From the IMG/VR virus record IMGVR_UViG_3300032257_000004, positions 1 through 64,000 of that record: DNA of 64,000 nt; one strand, 5' to 3'. The notes under the pieces were generated by a model that saw nothing but the letters and a program-made list of their open reading frames with translations, was not told the DNA's origin and did no database searches. A program made the translations under genes and the position numbers. The stretch is from a virus. Positions within the stretch are counted from its first letter, which is position 1. Each line of letters starts with the position of its first letter. Positions 34,805-44,300 of this stretch are shown piece after piece.

Positions 34805-34990
34805 ATGCACATTGTCAGCGACGGTAACAAGCTGACAGTGCGGGAAGTCTCGGAGCCCATAGTGGAACTGAGAAGCTGGGGGGTTGGAAACGGCCCCCCT
34901 CTTCCTATAATAAATACAATTGTTAGTAAAGATCGTGCCCGATCGATACTGAAAGACGTTCTTCCCGGTGACTACAATAGGATCAAGTAA
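34805..34990 (+). CDS. Hypothetical protein
   Basis: Fills the gap and is coupled to the polymerase. Confidence 0.5.
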   Translation: MHIVSDGNKLTVREVSEPIVELRSWGVGNGPPLPIINTIVSKDRARSILKDVLPGDYNRIK

Positions 34991-36879
34991 TGGATAATGT
35001 CGAGGAATGCCTCTCCAGATTAGAGGAAGCGGATGTCGTCGGGATTGATGTCGAGACCAGCGGTCTTTCTTGGCACGAAAATTTTGTCGTGGGCTGGGTT
35101 TTTTCCTTCGGGCCTAAAGACGAAGACACTTATTACTTGCCGGTGCGGCATCTTGGAGGCGGAAACATTCCGGGTGGGATTACTCCTACCAAGGGGGACC
35201 AATATTATGGCACCGAACATTTCCATCCAATCGAAAAACGAATTAAAAAGATTCTAGAGTCGAAACCTCGGCAGTATTACGCACACAACGCCAAATTCGA
35301 TATGCATATGATCGCGTCGCTAGGCATTTGGCTCAGAGGCGATTTTGAAGACACCGCAGTCAACGCGGCCCTATTGAACGAAAACCAAGGCCGATACGAC
35401 TTAGACACTTGTTGCCGCCGGACGGGGGTTACTCCCAAAGTAGGGGAAATCTACGAGGCGATTTCTAAATACATGTCCCGCAAGCATAGTATCGAAGTAC
35501 CTGCCACTCGCGCCGCGATGGCCTATTTTTGGTATTTGCCGGGAGATGGTGTTGCCGCTGAATACGCTAGAGGCGATGGGATTTCCATGTCCTTGCTTCG
35601 CGACGCTCAGCATAAGGCTTTGGACGAGCGGGAGATGCGGCCAATCTGGGAGTTGGAGCGCCGAGTAACTCGGACACTATTTCGGATGGAACGGAGGGGG
35701 GTCCCCGTTGACGAGAAAGTGTTGGTCGGGGTTGAGGCCCGCGTAGAAAAAATGCTTAAGGACGCCACTCTCCGTCTCCCAAACGCGATAAATGTCCGAT
35801 CGATGCCCCAAGTCAAACAAGCGTTTTTGGAGAAGGGCTACAAGGAAGAGGACTTCCTGCGAACCGAAAAAGGGAACGTCAGCTTTCCGGAAGAATGGCT
35901 CACGGGCGAAGGCGGACAACTCGGTCAAGACATTATTACGGTCCGGAAGTATTCGAATCTTGTTAACACTTTCATCAACGGTGCTATCAAAAAGAATGTC
36001 ATCCGGGGTCGAGTGCACGGCAATTTCAACCAAACCAAGGGAGATGAATACGGGGTTGTAACCGGGCGTTTATCCTGTTCCAAACCCAATTTCCAGCAAA
36101 TCCCTAAGAGGGACAAGGTGCTAGCGCCTCTTCTCCGACAAGTGTTCAGGGCGGACGGTTTCCATTGGTGGTCCTCGGATTATTCGCAGCAGGAGTACCG
36201 CGTATTTGCGGAATATGCGCGTTCAAAGTTCGTTTTGGAGGCATACGCCGAAGACCCCAACACCGATTACCACCAACTGGTTGCCGACATGCTAGGGGTG
36301 GAACGGGACCCAGCGGCTAAGCGCATTAATCTAGGGGTTATCTACAATATGGGGGCCCCATCCCTCGCCCGCAATTTAGGTGTCGTGGTGGATATTGCTC
36401 GCGGCTATCTGCTCCGGATGCGCCGGATGATGCCTGAAGCCACGAAATTCAACAAGACTGCTCAAAAGGTTGCAGAGCGCCGGGGGTATGTCAAAACTAT
36501 TATGGGTCGCCGTAGAAGGTTCCCGAACGGCGAATTTGCCCACAAAGCCGGAAACTCAATCATTCAGGGTTCATCAGCCGACATCACCAAGGTTAAGATG
36601 GCAGAGTGCGACGAATACCTGATGGGAGAGGCCGAAAAGGACAACCTCAACATCTATGCCAGCGAAAGTAAGTCGAATCTTATACTTCAAATTCACGATT
36701 CTCTGGAGTTTTTGTTTGTGGAAGAGGAGCGGGCTAAAATGGAGCGCGTGGTGCAAATTATGGAATCGTTCGGTGAGAGCGATTTAATTCAGTTAAGCGT
36801 TCCAATGTCGGTCGATACCGATTTCGGAATTTCTTGGGGACACGCAACGTTTAAAAGCTATGAGGAGTGGGTGGAATGA
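34990..36879 (+). CDS. polA: Family A DNA polymerase (3'-5' exonuclease + polymerase)
   Basis: DVET, HNAKFD, TGRLSCSKPNFQQIP, DYSQQE, KRINLGVIY, IHDS. Confidence 0.95.
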   Translation: MDNVEECLSRLEEADVVGIDVETSGLSWHENFVVGWVFSFGPKDEDTYYLPVRHLGGGNIPGGITPTKGDQYYGTEHFHPIEKRIKKILESKPRQYYAHNAKFDMHMIASLGIWLRGDFEDTAVNAALLNENQGRYDLDTCCRRTGVTPKVGEIYEAISKYMSRKHSIEVPATRAAMAYFWYLPGDGVAAEYARGDGISMSLLRDAQHKALDEREMRPIWELERRVTRTLFRMERRGVPVDEKVLVGVEARVEKMLKDATLRLPNAINVRSMPQVKQAFLEKGYKEEDFLRTEKGNVSFPEEWLTGEGGQLGQDIITVRKYSNLVNTFINGAIKKNVIRGRVHGNFNQTKGDEYGVVTGRLSCSKPNFQQIPKRDKVLAPLLRQVFRADGFHWWSSDYSQQEYRVFAEYARSKFVLEAYAEDPNTDYHQLVADMLGVERDPAAKRINLGVIYNMGAPSLARNLGVVVDIARGYLLRMRRMMPEATKFNKTAQKVAERRGYVKTIMGRRRRFPNGEFAHKAGNSIIQGSSADITKVKMAECDEYLMGEAEKDNLNIYASESKSNLILQIHDSLEFLFVEEERAKMERVVQIMESFGESDLIQLSVPMSVDTDFGISWGHATFKSYEEWVE

Positions 36880-37406
36880 ACGACAATAAATGGATGACCC
36901 GAGCCTACATTGCGGCTTCGATGTCGATGGACTCTCGGACTAAGATTGGGTGTGTTTTCGTCCATAAATGGCACGGAGATTTGAATTTCGTGTCGGCCAA
37001 CAGGCCACCGGCTAATTCTCGGCCCGCTAGTTACGAGGGAACGAGCCTCACTAAACATGACTATATGGAACATGCTGAGAGGCTCGCCATCTACGACATA
37101 TTCCGAAATGCGATAGACGAGGGAGCCGAATCCCTGGACTTCTCGGATTACACGGTGTACGTAAACGAAACTCCCTGCTCCGATTGCATGAGGGCGATGG
37201 TGGAGGTAGGTATTCGAGATGTCCGGATTTGCGATCGATGGTTCAACCATTGTCGAACTCACGGTCCCGATCCGAACGACAAATATGAAAAGTCGGCCAC
37301 TATAATGACTATGGCCGGGGGTATGGTCACTCGCGGAGCGTTCGAACTAGAAGAGGCCGTTGTTGCTAGACGGGACGACTTAAATTTCAACCCCATGGAT
37401 TACTGA
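36876..37406 (+). CDS. dCMP deaminase-like protein
   Basis: HAE and PCSDC zinc deaminase motifs. Confidence 0.85.
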   Translation: MNDNKWMTRAYIAASMSMDSRTKIGCVFVHKWHGDLNFVSANRPPANSRPASYEGTSLTKHDYMEHAERLAIYDIFRNAIDEGAESLDFSDYTVYVNETPCSDCMRAMVEVGIRDVRICDRWFNHCRTHGPDPNDKYEKSATIMTMAGGMVTRGAFELEEAVVARRDDLNFNPMDY

Positions 37407-38050
37407 TGTATATATTCTATGATACTGAGACGACAGGGCTTGTGAACCACAAGCAACCGGCGCACCATCCGGACCAACCGCACATTGTTCAAATGGGCGC
37501 GATTTTAACTGACTCTCAGTTCCGAGAACAGGCGCGGTTGAATTGTGTTGTTCGCCCAGACGGGTGGGAAGTGCCGCCCTCGGTCACTGAAACCCACGGT
37601 ATCTCGATCGAAGAGGCCGTAGAGCAGGGAATCAGGCTCGCGGCCTGCGATATCCACGGGATTACTCAGGACATCGCAATGGATAAGGGTATACCCCTAA
37701 TTTTGGCAATGGGCCTGTTCAACGAAATGTGCGGTTTGGCGGACGTGGCCGTCGCCCACAACGTGGATTTCGACAAAAAGATGGTGGAGTGCGAATACCA
37801 CCGGCTGGAGTGGGGCTTTTATTATCCCCCGGTCTCGGTCTGCACGATGAAATCCACCACTGACCTGTGCAAGCTGCCCGGAAGGTTTAGTAACTACAAG
37901 TGGCCTAAGTTGCAGGAACTACACGAATTTCTTTTTGGTGAAGGGTTCGCTGACGCTCACGACGCTATGGTGGATATCGAAGCCACCATCCGGTGTTACA
38001 TCGAATTGAAAAAACGGGGCCACGACGAATGGCACGTGGTCAACACGTAG
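37406..38050 (+). CDS. DnaQ-like DEDDh 3'-5' exonuclease
   Basis: YDTETTG, AHNVDFD, AHDAMVD. Confidence 0.9.
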   Translation: MYIFYDTETTGLVNHKQPAHHPDQPHIVQMGAILTDSQFREQARLNCVVRPDGWEVPPSVTETHGISIEEAVEQGIRLAACDIHGITQDIAMDKGIPLILAMGLFNEMCGLADVAVAHNVDFDKKMVECEYHRLEWGFYYPPVSVCTMKSTTDLCKLPGRFSNYKWPKLQELHEFLFGEGFADAHDAMVDIEATIRCYIELKKRGHDEWHVVNT

Positions 38051-38079
38051 TTGACTGTCACGCAGCCCCATGGTACTAT
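38051..38079 (+). promoter_or_regulatory. Promoter with box
   Basis: TTGACT-GTCACGCAGCCCCATGG-TACTAT. Confidence 0.8.
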
Positions 38080-38098
38080 ATAGTCAGGAGGACTAAGT

Positions 38099-38548
38099 AT
38101 GAGTAAAACCAAAGATGTCGAGTGGAACGACACGCACGAACTGGTTGGAAAGAGTGTGTATACCAATCGTCTGCCCGGAAAGATCGTGTCGGTCGACGAG
38201 GAAAACGGCAAATACAAGGTAGAGCAGACGGACGGAAAGGTCAGAATTCTGTCCGAGGGGTCGTTTTCGTTTACGGCCCGAGTTCTGGACTACAGGTACG
38301 AAAAAATCGACGGCAAAATGATTCGGGACGGTCGCCCATCTCGCGGCGTGAACGATGCGATCGGTCGCGCACTGGACGGGGACGAAATCGCTTTGGAGCA
38401 GGTCTGCGACGAAAACGGTATTGATTTCGGGAAGTACTCCCACCTCAACCCCGGCATGAAACGTATGGCGGTCGGCAACATTCTTAGGGCTCGAATCAAA
38501 CGCGGCGAGCGAGTAACAGTCTTTGAAGAGGAAATAACTGATGACTGA
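38099..38548 (+). CDS. Hypothetical protein (SHLNxGM family, paralog of 4143-4646)
   Basis: YSHLNPGMKRMAVGNILRARIKRGERVTV. Confidence 0.8.
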   Translation: MSKTKDVEWNDTHELVGKSVYTNRLPGKIVSVDEENGKYKVEQTDGKVRILSEGSFSFTARVLDYRYEKIDGKMIRDGRPSRGVNDAIGRALDGDEIALEQVCDENGIDFGKYSHLNPGMKRMAVGNILRARIKRGERVTVFEEEITDD

Positions 38549-38780
38549 GGCGATAGAATTTCTTAAGGCGTTCGGGATGTGGTATGCAGCCAACGTCGTT
38601 CTGTTTGCGCTCCTGATTTTGGGTTTCATGTCCTATCAGAAGTTCAAAACCATGAATCGCGGAAATTTTGACGGATTCTGGGGTCCGTTGGTGTTTCTCA
38701 TTTATTTACTTGTAGTTTTGGTGTTTTCAGTTTTGTGGCCCTACAGCCTATTCCAAATAGCTAAAAACGCCAAGGACTAA
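38541..38780 (+). CDS. Small two-TM membrane protein
   Basis: Two hydrophobic helices. Confidence 0.7.
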   Translation: MTEAIEFLKAFGMWYAANVVLFALLILGFMSYQKFKTMNRGNFDGFWGPLVFLIYLLVVLVFSVLWPYSLFQIAKNAKD

Positions 38781-38815
38781 GGGGGCTGCACAAACCCCAT
38801 CTCACTGATATACGA

Positions 38816-39175
38816 CTATTTTTGGTCGTCACTCTCAGCCCCTAGGGCCTCAGTGGTCAATCGGAATGCTTCGAGTATACCGACTACCTCTCCGAGACGC
38901 CCCGAGCAGTTTGAATACTGCTCCTCATAATCAGTCATCATATCCGACAAACCGCCCCGGTTGACTTCGTGTTCGAACAACTCCTCCTGAGTCAGGAACG
39001 GGTGTTCGATTCCGTCGCACTGGGACAGACGGTCCGGGATTTCTGGCACCAAAAATCTAACTTCAGTCACTAAAGTCGGAGGTTCGTTGGATTGGAGGAA
39101 GTCCCCTAATCCGGCGCAACTCGTTAATGGTATCCAGCAAAACGCCGTTAACAGGAGTGTCGTAGTCTTCCGCAT
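38816..39175 (-). CDS. o-spanin (Rz1-like lipoprotein)
   Basis: Signal peptide with lipobox LTSC; overlaps the i-spanin 3' end. Confidence 0.75.
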   Translation of the reverse strand: MRKTTTLLLTAFCWIPLTSCAGLGDFLQSNEPPTLVTEVRFLVPEIPDRLSQCDGIEHPFLTQEELFEHEVNRGGLSDMMTDYEEQYSNCSGRLGEVVGILEAFRLTTEALGAESDDQK

Positions 39176-39509
39176 CTCTAAGTCCTTCATCTATTAGATC
39201 GAATTCACTGGCCCGATTTCTTTCGCGGAGCGCAGTTCTTTGGACGGATTCCAGTATGATATCTCGCCTCTCCAGTTCTCGATCGAATTCGTTAAGGTTT
39301 TGTTCGTTCAGGGACGACAACTGGGAAACCTGTCCTCTCAGCAAATTGGACAGTTCCTGTTCTTTTTCGAGATCGGCCTGAACCCGTTGGTAGTCTCTCC
39401 ACGTCAAAACTAGCCAGCCGATTATAAGGGTTCCGGCCCCTATAAGGGCGTATCGAACCACTGCTCCGACTACGGACTCACCCGCTAGTTTTGTTAGAAA
39501 CGACATCAT
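39063..39509 (-). CDS. i-spanin (Rz-like)
   Basis: N-terminal TM followed by coiled coil, in the lysis cassette. Confidence 0.75.
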   Translation of the reverse strand: MMSFLTKLAGESVVGAVVRYALIGAGTLIIGWLVLTWRDYQRVQADLEKEQELSNLLRGQVSQLSSLNEQNLNEFDRELERRDIILESVQRTALRERNRASEFDLIDEGLRDAEDYDTPVNGVLLDTINELRRIRGLPPIQRTSDFSD

Positions 39510-39750
39510 ATTCTGAACCGGCCCCGTTGCCCCTGCGCTGTCGGCGGTGTACGTAGTTACCGACAGCCACTAGCTGTGCCCCGGCTACCCCTATAAGGGT
39601 CGTGGCGTCCTCGCCTCTCCAGACCGCACCGACGACGGCGAGAGACGTAGCCCACATCATGACCTTAGATATACTAAGGACGTGTGTACCGGGCTCCATT
39701 ATATTGATAAAGGAGAGAAAGTTGAAAAACTTAACCCAAAAGGTGGCCAA
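39478..39750 (-). CDS. Putative holin
   Basis: 2-3 hydrophobic segments and a basic C-terminal tail; next to the endolysin. Confidence 0.65.
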   Translation of the reverse strand: MATFWVKFFNFLSFINIMEPGTHVLSISKVMMWATSLAVVGAVWRGEDATTLIGVAGAQLVAVGNYVHRRQRRGNGAGSEYDVVSNKTSG

Positions 39751-40303
39751 AGTAGTTCTCCATTTCGCTATCCACGTCGCGAAGAGTTTTACCGTCTTTG
39801 GTTGGCGACCCTTTTTGGCTGAGTTGGATGTGTGGCCAATCCCCGAATTCGGAACCTAGTCCACGCATCCCCATGGATTCGGCCACGGCTTCCATAACTC
39901 GGTACGCGTTGTGGTCGTATCCGTACTTTTTGGTGGAAGACCATGCGGCGACACCGGGTCGAACTTCCCAGAACGAATCTACGGCTTCACCCCACTGGTG
40001 CCAAGAGAGGCCCGGAATGGCGTAAGTTACGTGGGATTTTCGACCGTTGGAGGATTGAGGCCCCACGAATTCGACACAATCAGCTAGAAAGTTGCAGTCC
40101 TTTTTACGAAGTTCTGAAACTTTTCGCTTCACGACAGCGGAGGATCGCGTCGAACGCCACTCTCTCGCTTGTTGCAGTGGATCGCGAAGTGTGCAGTACG
40201 GCACGACAACCAAACCGTAGTCATCCTTGATTTTTTCTTTCATTTCCAGATATTTGTCGCGAAATTCTGGAACCAGTAGATTAAGGTCTCGTGAACAACT
40301 CAT
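39731..40303 (-). CDS. Endolysin, peptidase M15 family (L-Ala-D-Glu-type)
   Basis: R...Q, SWHQWGEAVD, DWPHIQL. Confidence 0.85.
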   Translation of the reverse strand: MSCSRDLNLLVPEFRDKYLEMKEKIKDDYGLVVVPYCTLRDPLQQAREWRSTRSSAVVKRKVSELRKKDCNFLADCVEFVGPQSSNGRKSHVTYAIPGLSWHQWGEAVDSFWEVRPGVAAWSSTKKYGYDHNAYRVMEAVAESMGMRGLGSEFGDWPHIQLSQKGSPTKDGKTLRDVDSEMENYFGHLLG

Positions 40304-40911
40304 TATCCCACACTCTTCCATGCTCCGGACCCAGTTTTAATCACCCGAACCAATGTTGATGGGGTAATAGTCGAGCCCCCGTCGATCGTCTCGGAGGCGT
40401 TGGGGTCCACGGTTACGGTTTGACCGTTTGGGTCAAGCCAGAATGACCAGCCGTCCTCTAGCCCTGAAGTCGCTGGAAGGGCGATGGTGCAAGTGCCGGT
40501 CGCTTTAATAACTTTGCCCCTGTCCCCCACCACCATGGTTTCAGTCCCGGAGGAAACTTCTTCATAGGGAGGAGACAGAGCCTGCTTGAACAAAGATTCG
40601 ATATCAGCTATTGCTCTCTTTAGAATGGTGGCAGTGTCGATATCGCCCTGTTCTGGGTACGGAATGGCATAGATTGAGGTGAAGGATGTAGAAATGGCGT
40701 ACAGCTGGCTGGAAGCAGTTACCCCGGCGTAGTTGGCCGTGAGCGTTATCTGAGTGTCCGAATCCACGGAGCCAACAACATAGTAAATCCCGGAATTCTT
40801 AACCGAGAATACATCCCCTGCAGTGGCCTTGGTTGACCACGAAGTTCCGCTGCCGGTTACGACAGCGGACCCATTCGTTACAGTGACTGTTCCTGCAGTG
40901 TACTGGGACAT
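40303..40911 (-). CDS. Accessory tail fibre/adapter protein
   Basis: N-terminal GTVTVTNGSAVVTGSGTSW typical of fibre proteins; Thr/Ser/Gly-rich. Confidence 0.65.
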   Translation of the reverse strand: MSQYTAGTVTVTNGSAVVTGSGTSWSTKATAGDVFSVKNSGIYYVVGSVDSDTQITLTANYAGVTASSQLYAISTSFTSIYAIPYPEQGDIDTATILKRAIADIESLFKQALSPPYEEVSSGTETMVVGDRGKVIKATGTCTIALPATSGLEDGWSFWLDPNGQTVTVDPNASETIDGGSTITPSTLVRVIKTGSGAWKSVG

Positions 40912-41237
40912 TACTGTTTCGTTTCACCTTCACCGGATTTGAAAGCCGCGATTTCGGAGGCTTGTTGAGCCACCGTATTGCGGAGAGTTTCCATTTCCGC
41001 TTTGAGTTGTTCGGCGTGGGCCGAAACCATCGCGGCGCGATTGTTGGCTTCGTCGCGCTGGTTTTGCAGCGATGCCATAATGTACTGGGGTTCGATGTTG
41101 ACCTGACCCGGCTGTCCCTGTTGTTGGCCCTGTTGTTGGCCCTGCATCGGAACCGCTTGAGGCGGAATCGCAGTGTCGGATCGTGCGGGTGCAGGTTGGG
41201 GTTTGGCCGCTTGGGCTCTAGCGTTGTTCTTAGCCAT
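40911..41237 (-). CDS. Q-rich coiled-coil protein (possible fibre chaperone)
   Basis: GGAG SD; follows the giant fibre gene. Confidence 0.6.
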   Translation of the reverse strand: MAKNNARAQAAKPQPAPARSDTAIPPQAVPMQGQQQGQQQGQPGQVNIEPQYIMASLQNQRDEANNRAAMVSAHAEQLKAEMETLRNTVAQQASEIAAFKSGEGETKQ

Positions 41238-41274
41238 TGAGTTTCTCCATTTTGGCTTGTCTCTAAACGAACCT

Positions 41275-41303
41275 ATCTTATCACATTTGAGGTCTTTAGT
41301 CTA
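41275..41303 (-). promoter_or_regulatory. Late-arm sigma70-like promoter without box
   Basis: TAGACT-N17-TAAGAT with extended TG on the minus strand. Confidence 0.5.
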
Positions 41304-44300
41304 GACCCACTGCCTTTTTAATCATTGCGATTTGCGCCTTCAGTTGGTCGACTTCGGATTTCAGGTCTTGTATTTCGTCGTCCTTCTCCTGAATAGCCTT
41401 CACCATCGGGGCTATTAAGCCCTTGTAGTTCATCGTCATGTAGTCGTCGGGTTCGGTCGGATTTTGGACCAACCAAGGCCCGACTTTCTCGATTTCCTGC
41501 GCGACGAATCCCTCTTCGTAGGATTGGGTCAGGAAGTTGAAGTATTTCCGAGGATTTAGACTCCGGATGAAGTCCATTCCATTGGTGATGTCTTCAATGT
41601 TGCCCTTGACGCGACGGTCCGAAGTCTCATTGACCGTACCGGTGACGGTAATACCGCTGGTGGTTGTCTGGAACTTCTTCAGGTTATTGAAGTAGAGGAG
41701 TACATCACTGTTGCCACTGTTCTCGCGCATAAGGATGCAAAGATCGGTTTCGTTACCGATGGTGCATTGTGAGTTGTTTTGCGCCCAAAGCCAGTCACTT
41801 TGCCCGCTTTCCCCCTCAAGGATGATGGAACCACCTGTACTACCAACGGGCAAGGCTGTGATGCCAGATGTGGACAGCAACATAACGTCTGTGCTGTTAC
41901 ATGTAGCTGTAATCTGATGGGCCGTGGCAAGGTTGAAACCCGTAGCATTATTGACTGCTGCCCAAAGGTAGTCAGATATTACGTATTTACCAGTAGGTAT
42001 GATTAAGCCACTGGTGTTGATTGTTGCTCGCACAGTAGCTGTTTGGTTGTCAGCGGTAGTCGTATCAACAGAGCAGAACTCAAAACCACCAGCCAAATTA
42101 CCTCTAAGCACTGACCCTTTGAGGCCGAAGGTGCGGTAGCTACTGGCAGTCGATGTCCCGTGGCCCGCGCTGAACCCGATAAAAGGCCTGCCCGTGCCGC
42201 TCTCATATCCGAGGACTGAGCCATATCCTGCGGTGTTGCCGTGACCCCATTCGAAGGCGTCTCCTGCGCTCGCTCCTCGTGCTGTCAGGAGCGCGCCATA
42301 CTGGCCCACCGTGGTGCCGATACGAGCCCCTCCATCGACAGTCAAATCCGTCGAGAACGTGCTGGTCGTCGAGTTGATCGTGAGGCGGGTGGCACCGTTT
42401 TGGCGAAGGTAAATTGTCGCCGCCCCGGTGCCGCCCATATACAGCGCACTAGAGGCATTAGATTGCATATACGCGGAGCCTGATTGGTAGGCGATATGCT
42501 GGATATAGATCGAGCCACCATAAATGATAGCTTGACCAGCCCCTCCTGTCGCGGCGTTCTGGACAAGAACCTGAGTGGTGCCAGCGTAATCCCGGCGAAC
42601 CGTCAAAGCGGATGGTTGCCACATCCCAATTTCAACATCATCGACACGGTGGACTTGTATGTCAGGTGCAACATCAAAGCGGTCAGTGTGATCGCCGTTA
42701 TTTGCGAGGATGCGAACGCCATTTTGCCCGGTCAGGTAGGTCGTTGTGTCAGCAAGCGTCGAATCGAAGACGAGGCGATAAACGCCTCCGGTTGTCATCA
42801 AGCCGGTGTAGGACGCACCATATTCACCGACCTGCATCGAGCGATTTGCGCCACCAATAACCGCACCATTGCTGGCAGAGGTGATATTCGCCACAGCGTT
42901 ATCACCAGAGAATATCTGGACAGGACCAGCCGTGAGTGCCTGCCAAGCAATTTTCGTCGTGGTGGCGTTGACGAGGGAGAGCAGGTTCGAGCCAGAGCCT
43001 TGTGCAGCCAGCGTCCAATCATCTTGAGACGTGAAGCCTTGAATTGAGAGCTTGCCACCGAGCGAGCCCGTTCGCATGAGTTTGAGCGCATCGGCTACGG
43101 TTTGGGCAACGGTTGTAGACTGGTATTTCAAGTAGGCGCGGTTCGCATCGACAGTGAAGTTGATGTAGCCACCTGTCACCAGATCAATAATGTCCGCGCC
43201 GCCCCAGCGAAGATAGGTGTTACTGTCGGAAGACCAGTTGGGGTAAATTGCAGCATTGGCGGCATCTAATACAATGCCATCTGTGTCGTCGCCGCGCCTA
43301 TAATAGAACAGTCCGTTGGGGGCTTTGAAGTAAGTTTGACCTCCCGAAATATAGTAGGTTCTGTCAGCACCGTTCGTGTCGGTGTGCCAAATGGTGTGGT
43401 CGATGGATGTGGAGCCGTTGATTTTTACCCGCGCGAAGGTGTTAAAGATTGCTTCACCAGCACCACCATTCCCGCCGTTAAATTCAATACCCCCCGGATT
43501 GGTCCCGGTACTGATGCCGCGTAGGACTACAGTTGAACTTGTTTCCGTCCATCCACTACCGCCAGAAAGAACAAGATAACCGTCATTGACTGTCCGTTTG
43601 ATATAAGGATCGGCGTTGGACATGCGGATATGACCTTCAAACAAAAAGTCTCCGCCACCCGTGAACGTGAAGTATTTATTGGAGCCAGATGCGCCGGTTC
43701 TGACAACAAAATCATTTGGCGATCCTTCGTAAAGATAGATGTCCGTGTCGGCACCTATGCTAAGGCCCGCAAATCGAGAATTACTATTTGTATTGATTAA
43801 GGCACCCGTCATCGTTCCGCCAGCGAGGGGCAGATAATTACCGGGAGTGAAGTTGCCTTCGTGGAAAATCTTGTAGCTGGTGGTCCCCATAGACCAACCA
43901 CCGACGACGAAATCATTCCTAGACCCGTCAAGTCCGAAATACGCTGCGTAGTTGCCTGCTACGTGGAAGCACATCAACGCGTCTGTACCAGAGGTGGGCT
44001 GATAGATTTGTAACTGTGTGGCTATTTGACCCGTTGCGGCCTCTATAGTCTGGCCTGTTGTGGTGTAAAACAGACTTATACCAGAAGTAGCGTTCAACGC
44101 GCCCGTCAGCGTTCCGCCTGCGAGAGGCAGATAATTACCGGGGGTGAAGTTGCCAGCATGCCAAACTAGGTTTGTGGCGTTGGCGTAGATTTCGCTCTTC
44201 GCGCGGAGAACGCCCGAACTGCCACTCAAAGACATAAGGGTAGTGTCCCCACCGTTTTCCCATATAAAGCCCTGACTGTTGTTGTTAGCAACACGGAAGC

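Noticed and set aside
19583-37406. Z-genome (2-aminoadenine) or 7-deazaguanine pathway
   Set aside because: MazG-like and PolA are present, but no PurZ, HD-domain DatZ, Que or DpdA homologue is recognisable in this window
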